This document shows positions 40,452 to 49,505 of a stretch of 64,000 nt of DNA, in pieces. The DNA lies in the NCBI GenBank assembly GCA_039028735.1, contig JBCCHQ010000011.1, positions 7,127 through 71,126 of the forward strand, read 5' to 3'. The DNA comes from Planctomycetota bacterium (GTDB lineage Bacteria > Planctomycetota > UBA8108 > UBA1146 > JAJFFE01). Both the position numbers and the translations under genes were made by a program. The notes under the pieces were generated by a model, which saw only the letters and a list, made by a program, of their open reading frames with translations, did not search any database and was not told where the DNA came from. Position 1 is the first letter of the stretch. The number at the start of each line of letters is the position of its first letter.

Positions 40452-41909
40452 TCAGTACGTCAACCGGACGATCGCCGTCTCGGTGACAATCCCGAGAGGT
40501 TTGACGCGTAGCCTCTGAGAATCGAGATCGTGATCGAAACGCCCGACGAGTGTTTGATCCTTGAATAGATCGTCAGACAGCAACCGCAACAGATGGCAAC
40601 TTGAAGGTTCTTCGCTCAGTCCACGATCGGTGAGAGCGATCCGAGTTCCGCTTGCGTCTTCGATGACGAACTCTCCGTCCTCGGTTTCCATCATGTTTGC
40701 GTATGACAACGCATGGACGGGGTGCTTGTCAGCCAACGGCGCCTTGAGTTGACCCTTGACGGACTTGATCAGTGCTTCGAAGTCGCTGCCAGCGAGCTCT
40801 CGGATGGCTCGGCAGTCTGCATCTTTCAACGGGCGCGGGGCCATCTCTTCCCAGCGCACGCGAGGATTGACGTCTCCCGGGTACACGCACAGCTCTTTGA
40901 CGACTGCGACTTGGAAGAAGCTGTCACCGCTCTTGATGTAGTCGAGTGCTTTGTACGGGCGAAAGGTCTGAGTGATCGAGACGCGGCCCGAGCGAAGGTC
41001 GATCCAGGTGCCCGTATCAACGTACTCTCTTCTGGCAACGTCGTCGTGCGAGTTGAAAGCGAGTTGCACCAACTCGACGTCGTTCTCGACGAGTCCCGCG
41101 TCCCGAAGCTCCGACAACTGCCACGCATGCCCCAACCACGCTGCGATGGCGGTCTCGGTTTCTGGTTTGAGATCTGGGTCCGCGAGGCGGCGACTCAGGT
41201 AGGCTCGGCCGTTCTTGATCAATGCGTGGATCCGTGTCAGCTGATCGAGTGCTTCGCTGTAGATTGCTTCGAGGTTCACTGACTCGCCGTTGCCGCCGAT
41301 TCGACCGTCGTCGCCGGCGAAGAGCTTCGTGTAGTCCCGTAGTGCTGCTTGTGCTCCTGGAAGAAAGGCGTTGCCTAGCTGTTTCGCCTGGTCGTCGATC
41401 TGTGTGGCGGTCTTCGCGTTCGTATTGCCCATGCCCATGCGAACGAGGTCGTGAGTCAGTGTCTCGAGGAGGTCGAGCCCTTTGAGCTGAGCCTGGATCT
41501 TCTTGTTCAGCGCGGTCTTGTTGACCTTTTTGGGCTTGCCCGAGTCGGCCTTCTGCTTCTCCTTTCGAGCCGCGAGCTTCTCTCGCTTCTCTTCGATGTC
41601 GCTCGGCACCTCCGCGACTTGGAACGACTTTCCCTGAGTCCAGGCGTACATGAGGCCCAAGCAGTGCTTGCACGGAAACTGTCGGCTTGGACAACTGCAG
41701 CGGTGGGTCGGAGCCTCTGGACGAACGAAGTCGCAGGAGCAGTGATAGTTGGATTTGCCGCTACCCTTGCACTCTCCAAAGATGATTGTCTCATCTTCAG
41801 ACTTGTTGAGTGCGAGATACTTACCCTTCAACACCAGCCCGCGCCCGTTCTTGATGGCACTCGCGTTCGGCGCAGCGGAGTCGACGTACGACTCGTCGAT
41901 CTGAATCAT
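40452..41909 (-). CDS. SWIM zinc-finger protein (YehQ-like)
   Basis: GECKGSGKSNY, CSCPSRQFPCKHCLGL. Confidence 0.9.
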   Translation of the reverse strand: MIQIDESYVDSAAPNASAIKNGRGLVLKGKYLALNKSEDETIIFGECKGSGKSNYHCSCDFVRPEAPTHRCSCPSRQFPCKHCLGLMYAWTQGKSFQVAEVPSDIEEKREKLAARKEKQKADSGKPKKVNKTALNKKIQAQLKGLDLLETLTHDLVRMGMGNTNAKTATQIDDQAKQLGNAFLPGAQAALRDYTKLFAGDDGRIGGNGESVNLEAIYSEALDQLTRIHALIKNGRAYLSRRLADPDLKPETETAIAAWLGHAWQLSELRDAGLVENDVELVQLAFNSHDDVARREYVDTGTWIDLRSGRVSITQTFRPYKALDYIKSGDSFFQVAVVKELCVYPGDVNPRVRWEEMAPRPLKDADCRAIRELAGSDFEALIKSVKGQLKAPLADKHPVHALSYANMMETEDGEFVIEDASGTRIALTDRGLSEEPSSCHLLRLLSDDLFKDQTLVGRFDHDLDSQRLRVKPLGIVTETAIVRLTY

Positions 41910-42185
41910 GGGGAACCCCAGGAGCTATGAGTTCGTGAGCTAAGCAGTCGTCACGGTACAAAGGCTCGCATCAAGGAGAAAGCGATTTCGCCGGTTCTTC
42001 GCGCGAGAGCAGGGATTGAAGCTCTCGCAGATGGCTTGGGCGAAGGCAGAGTCGTTCAAACGGCACTGCGGAAACCTCGCCCTCACGCCTCGCCCAAGTG
42101 GGATTCACCCAGGCAGAGATTGCGATGGCACAGTTTCGATGAGACTCTGGTTCGGAAGGTAACAAGAACCTAAGGAGATCGAGTC

Positions 42186-42521
42186 ATGAAGAAATGGGTG
42201 ATGTTCGGCTTGCTGGGCGTGTGCTGCGTCGTCGGTGTCATGGCGGTCATGAGCTTCATGGGAGTTCGGGCGAACGAAGGTGCGCTCGAAGAGATTCGAG
42301 GCCAAGAAGGAGTCGTAGTTCTCTCTGTGGCAGGCATGACATGAGGCGTTGGATGCAAACTGAGCGTGCGGGACACGCTCCTTGCCCTAGCAGACGTCAA
42401 AGATGCAGCCGTCGACTACGACCAAGGCCTTGCTTACGTGCTTCCAGCCGGCAACTTCGACACTGAGCAAGCCATCGCTGCGCTCGGTGAAGGAGGAAGG
42501 TACTCGGCGAAGACTCAGTAG
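42186..42521 (+). CDS. Probable selenoprotein: membrane-anchored HMA/MerP/CopZ-like metal-binding protein, 111 aa, Sec at codon 53
   Basis: TAAGGAG RBS; N-terminal TM; VLSVAGMT-[TGA 42342-42344]-GVGC, then 54 more HMA-like residues to TAG; SECIS-like hairpin; not in the ORF track. Confidence 0.85.
42355..42385 (+). promoter_or_regulatory. Bacterial SECIS-like stem-loop
   Basis: GCAA..GAGCGTG-CGGGA-CACGCTC.TTGC; 24 nt between the UGA and the loop; G at loop position 2. Confidence 0.75.
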
Positions 42522-42639
42522 GTTGAGCTCAAACTTCGACTCCATTGCTGGGCGAACACGACGTTGCGCTCGTTCTGTTCTTGGCTTCGTTCTGTTCCTG
42601 GCGTCGGTCTGTTAGCCTCGGGCCTGCTGGTCGCTATCG

Positions 42640-45033
42640 TCAACCTTGCACGGCGCGCTCCAGCGCTTGCAGCGTCGCCGAGCGTCCAGGCAAGGCGGCT
42701 CGGAGCGCGTTGACTTGCCCCGCGAGCTCCTGGGTGTTTCCGACTTCGTCGAGGATGCGCCGCGCTTGCCGAGCCCAAGCGAAGGCACTTGCGCGACCAC
42801 GGGGCGACGCCGCCTCGAGCCTTGCCAGATTGAGATAGCTGAGAGCGATGTGTCGGTGTTTCTCCGGCAGTACCGAACGTCGCAGCTCCAGAGAGCTGCG
42901 CAAGTGTGAATCGGCTTGCCGCTGGCGCCCCATTTCGAGGTAGAGCTCGCCCAGGTTGTTCAGCGCGCTGGCCAGTTCAATGCGCGACCCCGGCGACTTG
43001 CGCCACTCCTTCACCGCTGCAACGAGCCTTTCCTCGGCCTCGTCTTGGTGACCTAGAATCAGCAGCAAGCGACCGAGGTTGTTGAGACAGTGCGCCGCCT
43101 GGGCGTGGTCTCCGGCGGCCACTTCCATACGAATATCGAGCGCTTCCCGATAGTGTTCGAGGGCCTCTTCGTACCGCTTCTGCTCCTCACAGAGTGCACC
43201 GAGATTGTTGCGATAGCGGGCGCTGCCTTGGCGAGGACTGAGGGCGATGCACTCTTTCAGAAAACGTTCTGCAGCGCGGTACTCGCCAAGTCCGAGCGCA
43301 GCGAGGGCGCGATTGTTGGTCGCATCGCGAAGCACGCTGGGGGGCACCTCCGAGAGATTGGCGATGGCGCGTGCGGCGACGGCGAAGCGCCGTTTGGCCT
43401 TTTCGTGCTGACCCATCTGACCATACACCATACCGAGGTTGCTCTGCGTCTTCGCGACGTCGATGTCTGTTGGGCCGAACGCTTCGGACAGTCGTCGCAC
43501 CGCAAGCTTCAGGTACGTTTCGGCGTCGCCCAATTGCCCCGTCTGCAGAAACAAGCAGCCGAGCGCTCGCACCAGTTGAGCCATGTCGCCGCCGCGGTCA
43601 GAAACGCTGCGCGCGTATTCAATGCAGCGCCGAACGTGTGGTTCCAACGCTTGTTGCTCGGCCAGTGGTGCTGTCGGGAACCGACGCTTCATGACCTCGC
43701 AGAGGTCGCTGCGCAGCCGAGCTCGCTGCGAGCGCGTCAACGAGCGCTCAATCGATTCGTGTGCGATGCAGTGCAACGTGTACTGCTGCGTTTCGGTATC
43801 GATCGCGACGAGCGAACGACGCACCAACCCGGACAACGCTGCCTGGGCGTCTGCGGTCGAAACGCTTTCGGTGTGGGCCAGGTCGATCGCGAGGTCCGTC
43901 GGGATTGGCGCGACTGCCGCCACCGACAAGAGTCGGATCAGCCGTGCGGCAGTAGGCGCGACGGCTTCCACGGCAGCCAAACCCCGGCGCCACGGCGCGC
44001 GAACGGTGCGCGGGAACCGAAACCGGCGCCAGTGGTCGTCGACGAACGTCGTGTAGCTGCACCGACGCGCCGACACGAACGCAGCGATTGCCTCCAAAGC
44101 AGGCAAGTAGTTACCAAGAGCGAGCGTCAACGACGTGGCGGCTTGTAGCTCCCCCTCCTCGCGCGGCGACATCGCCGTGGCGGCCGCTGATCGGCGACGC
44201 TTTCGCGACGAAGAGCTACGATGCACACCCCATTCCTGGCAACGGTCTGCGGAGCGGTGGCACAAGAGATCACCACGACCACCTCGCAGCAGTAGGAAGT
44301 CGACAGCATCGCTGTCAGGCAGGTTCGGCACATCGACGCGAACAAACCCGGACGGGACCGAGTCCTCGTTCGCTGTCGTCAAGAGAACATGCCCCGACGC
44401 GACGTCGCGCGGCAACTGGCTCCACCACGGCGGCTGTGTTTCGACACCGTCGATCACGAGGAGCCAGTCGGTGCTGTGTGTGAGCGCGGCGAACACGGCG
44501 CGTGCATAGACCTCGGGGTCGTTGTTGCGGCGCACACCGAGAAGAGTGCCGATACGATTGAGGCAGCTGGCACCCCCATCCGACGACGCGGCGTCGATCC
44601 AATACACATCGCCAAACCCTGCTTGCTGGCGGACAGCAAACTGACAAGCGATCTCGCTCTTGCCCACTCCTGGCATGCCGACAAGTGCAACGCGTCGCGT
44701 GGGAGCCTCCGACCTACGCGACGCCGCTCGGAATGCGTTGGACAGTTGCAACAGGATGTCGGTGCGCCCGACGAACAGAGGCGAGGGGACACGAGGTACC
44801 GACCAGTGATCCGTGGCAAGCGTCTGCGGGAAAGCGATGTCTTGGAGGCCGACATCCAAAGCGTTCGCCAAGCTCGTAAGACACGCAGCAGTCACGCGCT
44901 CGCCGGCTTCCGCACGCCGAAGCGTTGCAATGTCGACGCCCGCCGCTTGTGCAAGTTCGAGTTGTCGCCAGCCGCGAAACGATCTCAACCAAAGAATCGC
45001 TCGTGAGTCGGGCAGCACGCTACGATGCGACAT
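42640..45033 (-). CDS. XRE-HTH + NB-ARC (STAND NTPase) + TPR protein
   Basis: LRSFRGWRQLELAQAAGVDIATLRRAEAG HTH; FVGR, GMPGVGKS Walker A, LLVIDG Walker B; TPRs with NNLG motifs. Confidence 0.85.
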   Translation of the reverse strand: MSHRSVLPDSRAILWLRSFRGWRQLELAQAAGVDIATLRRAEAGERVTAACLTSLANALDVGLQDIAFPQTLATDHWSVPRVPSPLFVGRTDILLQLSNAFRAASRRSEAPTRRVALVGMPGVGKSEIACQFAVRQQAGFGDVYWIDAASSDGGASCLNRIGTLLGVRRNNDPEVYARAVFAALTHSTDWLLVIDGVETQPPWWSQLPRDVASGHVLLTTANEDSVPSGFVRVDVPNLPDSDAVDFLLLRGGRGDLLCHRSADRCQEWGVHRSSSSRKRRRSAAATAMSPREEGELQAATSLTLALGNYLPALEAIAAFVSARRCSYTTFVDDHWRRFRFPRTVRAPWRRGLAAVEAVAPTAARLIRLLSVAAVAPIPTDLAIDLAHTESVSTADAQAALSGLVRRSLVAIDTETQQYTLHCIAHESIERSLTRSQRARLRSDLCEVMKRRFPTAPLAEQQALEPHVRRCIEYARSVSDRGGDMAQLVRALGCLFLQTGQLGDAETYLKLAVRRLSEAFGPTDIDVAKTQSNLGMVYGQMGQHEKAKRRFAVAARAIANLSEVPPSVLRDATNNRALAALGLGEYRAAERFLKECIALSPRQGSARYRNNLGALCEEQKRYEEALEHYREALDIRMEVAAGDHAQAAHCLNNLGRLLLILGHQDEAEERLVAAVKEWRKSPGSRIELASALNNLGELYLEMGRQRQADSHLRSSLELRRSVLPEKHRHIALSYLNLARLEAASPRGRASAFAWARQARRILDEVGNTQELAGQVNALRAALPGRSATLQALERAVQG

Positions 45034-45140
45034 AAGCGCCTCATTGACTATAGCTTAGCGAACACACTGAACTGATGGGTCCAGCCTCCTCCATGCAACA
45101 CATGATACCCGCTCAACTACGATCCGTGGAGGAGGTGACC

Positions 45141-47099
45141 ATGTCACGCAACGTATCTATCTGGTGTCTGTTCATTCTGACGATGGCGACGCCGCTCGCT
45201 GCCCAGCCACTGACCTGCGGCACGCAACTCGCAGGTTCGATCTCCGGGGCAGGCGAAGAGGATGTACTTGTGCTGCAAGCAACCGCGGGGGACACGATCT
45301 CGCTGGTGCTTTGGCAAACGGGCGGCAGCAACTTCACAGTGCATGGCGACCTCTACCCTCCGAGTTCTACCAGTACACCCATCCTGCAGGATCTCAATGG
45401 CGAGAACCAGATCGACCTGACCGAGTCCGGCACCTACATACTGCGGGTGCACGACGACAACCTCGCGCACACCGGCAACTACGCAGTCGAGTATAACACC
45501 ATCGCACCGGCCTCGAACCAATGCGGTGTGCAAGCGGTGAGTTGCGGGCAAAACGTCACCTCGACGATCGCCGTCACAAGCGAACAACACTTCTATGCGA
45601 TCGATGCACAGGCGGGCGACACGATCTCGCTGGTGCTGTGGCAAACAGGCGGCAGCAACTTCACGGTACATGGAGATCTGTACGCTCCGGGGGGCGCCAC
45701 CGTGCCGCTGGCCACTGATCTCAACGGCGAGAATCAAATCGATGTGACGCAAACGGGCACCTACACGCTGATCGTGCACGCGAGCACCTTCTACTACACC
45801 GGGAACTACTCACTTGAGTTCAGCACCATTGCACCGTTGACGAATCAATGTGACGTACAGGCGATTGCATGTGGCGAGAACGTGGCGTCCACGATCGCGG
45901 CCACGGCAGAGCAGCACTTCTATACGTTCGATGCTCAGGCTGGGGATACGATGTCACTGGTGCTGTGGCAGACGGGTGGCAGCAACTTCACGGTTCATGG
46001 AGATCTCTATGGTCCCGGTGCGACCACGACGCCGCTGGCAGGCGATCTCAACGGTGAGAACCAGTTCGATATCACGCAAACGGGAACCTACACGCTGGGC
46101 GTACATGCCAGCACGTTCTACTACACCGGCAACTACTCACTGGAGTTCAACACCATTGCACCGCTGGCGAATCAATGTGGCGTGCAAGCGATTACGTGTG
46201 GCGAGAACGTGGCGTCCACGATCGCGGCTACGGCAGAACAGCACTTCTATTCTTTGGATGCTCAGGCCGGAGACACGATCTCGCTGGTGTTGTGGCAGAC
46301 CGGCGGCAGCAACTTCACGACCCACGGCGACCTCTATGGGCCGGGCGCAACCACTGCACTGCTGGCTGATCTCAACGGAGAGAATCAGATCGACGTGACA
46401 CAATCAGGGACCTACACACTCGCCGTTCATGCCAGCACCTACTACTACACCGGCAACTACTCTCTAGAGTTCAACACCGTCGCGCCAGTCGCGAATCAGT
46501 GCGCCGGGCAAGTGATCGCGTGTGGCAGCAACGTATCGGGTAGCATCGCCGAAACCGGCGAGCAGCACATTTACTCGATCGACGCGCTGGCCGGCGACAC
46601 GATCTCTCTGCAGGTCCAGGCGACCGGGGGTAGCAACTTCGTGGCTCACGGGGACCTGTTCGAGCCGGGGTCTACTGTCCCCCTCGTGGAAGACTTGTCT
46701 AGTGTGGAGGAAATCACTCTACCTATCGCTGGCATCTACACGCTGCGGGTGCATGCGAGTACCTACTACTACACTGGCAACTACGTGATCGATCTGACGT
46801 GGACCGGGCCGTTCTCGCAACAGTGCTACGATTTCATTCGCGGCGACGCGAGCGCCGACGGATCCGTGAACCTGCTCGATGCGATTCTGACGTTGAACTA
46901 CCTGTTCCTCGGCGATGCGCATCCGTGCCCGGAGTCGCTGGATTCAAACGATGACTCGGCAGTGAACCTCGTGGACCCGGTTCATACACTGAACTACTTG
47001 TTCGCGATGGGGCCTGCCCCAGGATCGCCGTTCCCCGGTTGCGGACTCGACGGCGACCCCGCTTCGAGTCTGGGTTGCGATCCGGCCGCCTGTCCCTAA
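45141..47099 (+). CDS. Secreted protein with five ~109-aa beta-sandwich (PPC-like) repeats and a C-terminal dockerin-like domain
   Basis: GGAGGAGG RBS; signal peptide; repeated AGDTISLVLWQTGGSNF...GTYTL; FIRGDASADGSVNLLD...DSNDDSAVNLVD. Confidence 0.9.
   Translation: MSRNVSIWCLFILTMATPLAAQPLTCGTQLAGSISGAGEEDVLVLQATAGDTISLVLWQTGGSNFTVHGDLYPPSSTSTPILQDLNGENQIDLTESGTYILRVHDDNLAHTGNYAVEYNTIAPASNQCGVQAVSCGQNVTSTIAVTSEQHFYAIDAQAGDTISLVLWQTGGSNFTVHGDLYAPGGATVPLATDLNGENQIDVTQTGTYTLIVHASTFYYTGNYSLEFSTIAPLTNQCDVQAIACGENVASTIAATAEQHFYTFDAQAGDTMSLVLWQTGGSNFTVHGDLYGPGATTTPLAGDLNGENQFDITQTGTYTLGVHASTFYYTGNYSLEFNTIAPLANQCGVQAITCGENVASTIAATAEQHFYSLDAQAGDTISLVLWQTGGSNFTTHGDLYGPGATTALLADLNGENQIDVTQSGTYTLAVHASTYYYTGNYSLEFNTVAPVANQCAGQVIACGSNVSGSIAETGEQHIYSIDALAGDTISLQVQATGGSNFVAHGDLFEPGSTVPLVEDLSSVEEITLPIAGIYTLRVHASTYYYTGNYVIDLTWTGPFSQQCYDFIRGDASADGSVNLLDAILTLNYLFLGDAHPCPESLDSNDDSAVNLVDPVHTLNYLFAMGPAPGSPFPGCGLDGDPASSLGCDPAACP
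45216..46830 (+). repeat. Five intragenic tandem repeats of 324-327 bp
   Basis: Units start at Cys codons 45216, 45543, 45870, 46197, 46521; units 2-4 are closely similar in DNA. Confidence 0.9.
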
Positions 47100-47188
47100 G
47101 GCAGGCCGCCGTTCCACCGACGAAGTGCAGCGTGCTGGCTCACGCCCTGTTCCGGCGCTAGACTGGCTCCGTGTGAAAAGGAGCTGCC

Positions 47189-48208
47189 ATGCGTCGCAAG
47201 CGAACGGTGATCTGCATCGCCCTGTGCCTCCTGGGGTCGCTACTGCCAACCTCGGGTAGCGCTCAGAGCCGACTGTTTGCCCTGCGCGCTGGCCAGCTGG
47301 ACGAACTCGAGCCGACAACGTTGGGCACGATCGCTACGACGCCGCTGACGAGCAGTGGTGGCGCACTGCTGTACGTAAACTGCGCGGCGGTGAGCCCGGC
47401 AACCGGCGACGTCCTCGGCGCAGCGATCTTCAGCATGCAGCCGAGCACCATGATGGTCTCGATCGACATCGTCAGTGGTTTGGTCGCGCCGATAGGTACG
47501 CTGAGCCAGCACTTCGAGTCGATCAGCTTTGCAGGAAACACCTTGTACGGAGTCGCGCCGATTGACGACGCGACGACCGTATTCACGATTCCACCGGCGC
47601 CACCGTTCCTTCAGGGCACGTCAGCGCTCACCGCCCGGCTGGCCTACCGAACCATCGACGGACAGCTCTATCGCGCCTACGGACCTCCGGCTGCGCTCGA
47701 GCGCATCGACCCTGCCACCGGAACTGTCGTGCAGATACCTCTCTCTGTGCCGACTATGACGCCCGTGGGGCCGCCGATGTCACTGACTTACCTGCCGGAT
47801 GTAGACGAGTTCCTGCTGCTCGACGGCAACGCGATCAACGATGTCTTTCGCGTCACGCCTGCCGGCGTCGTGACCCACGCTCATACTTTCGGTGTTCCCG
47901 TTATCTCTTTGTTTGGCATGTCCGCCGAAGTCCGACGCGGGGATTGCAACTCCGATGGCAACATGAATCTCGCCGATGCAATCACGCTGTTGAACCATTT
48001 GTTCCCGGCCACGCCACCGGCGCCGCCGCTGCCATGCCACGATGCATGTGACGGCAACGACGACGGTCAGTTGGATCTCGCAGACGCAATTGCGATGTTG
48101 ACTGCGCTCTTCCCGCAGCCGACCGGACCTGCTCCGATGTTGGGCGATTGTGCGGTCGACGCAACCGCCGACGCATTGGGGTGCGCAGGTGATTCCACGT
48201 GCCCATGA
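47189..48208 (+). CDS. Secreted beta-propeller-like protein with a C-terminal dockerin-like domain
   Basis: AGGAG RBS; signal peptide; IDxxTG/SG blade-like repeats; RRGDCNSDGNMNLADAI...DGNDDGQLDLADAI. Confidence 0.85.
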   Translation: MRRKRTVICIALCLLGSLLPTSGSAQSRLFALRAGQLDELEPTTLGTIATTPLTSSGGALLYVNCAAVSPATGDVLGAAIFSMQPSTMMVSIDIVSGLVAPIGTLSQHFESISFAGNTLYGVAPIDDATTVFTIPPAPPFLQGTSALTARLAYRTIDGQLYRAYGPPAALERIDPATGTVVQIPLSVPTMTPVGPPMSLTYLPDVDEFLLLDGNAINDVFRVTPAGVVTHAHTFGVPVISLFGMSAEVRRGDCNSDGNMNLADAITLLNHLFPATPPAPPLPCHDACDGNDDGQLDLADAIAMLTALFPQPTGPAPMLGDCAVDATADALGCAGDSTCP

Positions 48209-48343
48209 CACCAACAACGTGTCGAGGCTCGAGCAAGCCAAGGTCAGGCTAGCGCGCGCACTCGCACCGCCAAGCAGCGACTGCAACGCCGTGAGGCGCG
48301 CGCCTGTTCCGAGATTCACGCGCTGCGACCTCGAGGTGTTGCG

Positions 48344-49189
48344 CTACTGGATCTCCTGAACCTGCATGACGAGGTCGTTCCAGTTGCGCTGATTCTCCAT
48401 GTCGTGCTCCATGCCCTTCTCATCGGCAATTGTGAAGCGCTTGATCGCGGGTGTTTTGCTGGTCGCTTGGTACAGCCAGTAGGCTTCCGCCTTGAGGGCT
48501 TCATCGATCGGCTTGTCGATCGACTCATACACCGCTTGCTTGCAGGCGTTGATCGATTCTGCCGGAAACTTTGCGATGCGGCTGGCGAGCCGATCGACGT
48601 AAGCACCAATCTCGTCTGGGTCCAAGGCTTTGTTGATCGTGCCGTAGGCCTCGGCCTCGTCGGCATCGAAGTCGCGTGCGCTCAGAATGATCTCCAGCGC
48701 ACGCCCCAGCCCCACCTGCCGCGCCATCCGGGATGCACCGCCGCCACAGGGAAGGATGCCCATGCCGACTTCCATCTGCATGAACTTGAACTTGCCGCGT
48801 GCCGCAAAGCGCATGTCCAAAGCCAACGCCAGCTCGTGACCTCCACCTCGCGCAAAGCCCTCGAGCTTGGCGATGGTTGCTTGCGGTACCTTACTGATGC
48901 GCTCGCAGATCGACTGCAAGTCGAGTAGCTCGACGTCGTCGCGAGAAGTTGCTTCCGTCGACATGTCTTTCAGTAGCTCTGTGTCGTAGTGGCAAACCCA
49001 GATCTCGGGGTGCGCCGACTGGAAGACGACGACCTTGGTCTCGCGGTCGCGTTCCAGCCTCATGGCGAGGCTGTTCAAGTCGGCAAGCATGGCCTGCCCT
49101 TGGACATTCACCGGCGGAAAGTCGAAAGTGACCGTAAGCACACCGTCGGCGTGCTCAGCCGTGAACGTTGTGAATCCTGCGTACTTCAT
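48344..49189 (-). CDS. Enoyl-CoA hydratase/isomerase (crotonase) family protein
   Basis: ATIAKLEGFARGGGHELALALDMRFA, QMEVGMGILPCGGG; AAGGAGG RBS. Confidence 0.92.
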   Translation of the reverse strand: MKYAGFTTFTAEHADGVLTVTFDFPPVNVQGQAMLADLNSLAMRLERDRETKVVVFQSAHPEIWVCHYDTELLKDMSTEATSRDDVELLDLQSICERISKVPQATIAKLEGFARGGGHELALALDMRFAARGKFKFMQMEVGMGILPCGGGASRMARQVGLGRALEIILSARDFDADEAEAYGTINKALDPDEIGAYVDRLASRIAKFPAESINACKQAVYESIDKPIDEALKAEAYWLYQATSKTPAIKRFTIADEKGMEHDMENQRNWNDLVMQVQEIQ

Positions 49190-49505
49190 GTGCGTTGCCT
49201 CCTTGGAACTGCGCCGCGACCTAGACCAAGTCCATTTGCGCCGGCAGCATTGCTGGCAACGAACAACGCCACAAGTACCCACATTTTTGTAAGTAGCTAT
49301 CAGCACTGGCACCACTGCCGCGCCTTCCGCTGACGCAAGAACTCGTAACTGGGCGCCAGCTCTCAGTACGGTGCTCCACTCCAAGTCGTCGCTATCTCTG
49401 CCAGCGTGGCGGCAATGTGAAGCTGCACCGCCGGACAACAACGGAACCACTGCTAGAACCGTGAGGAGTGCAGCGCGTCGCCAACTTTGCTGCTGCGTCA
49501 GCGAG

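Noticed and set aside
42194-42466. 90-aa plus-strand ORF in the track at the selenoprotein locus
   Set aside because: Arg-rich off-frame translation; the RBS and HMA motif support the frame starting at 42186.
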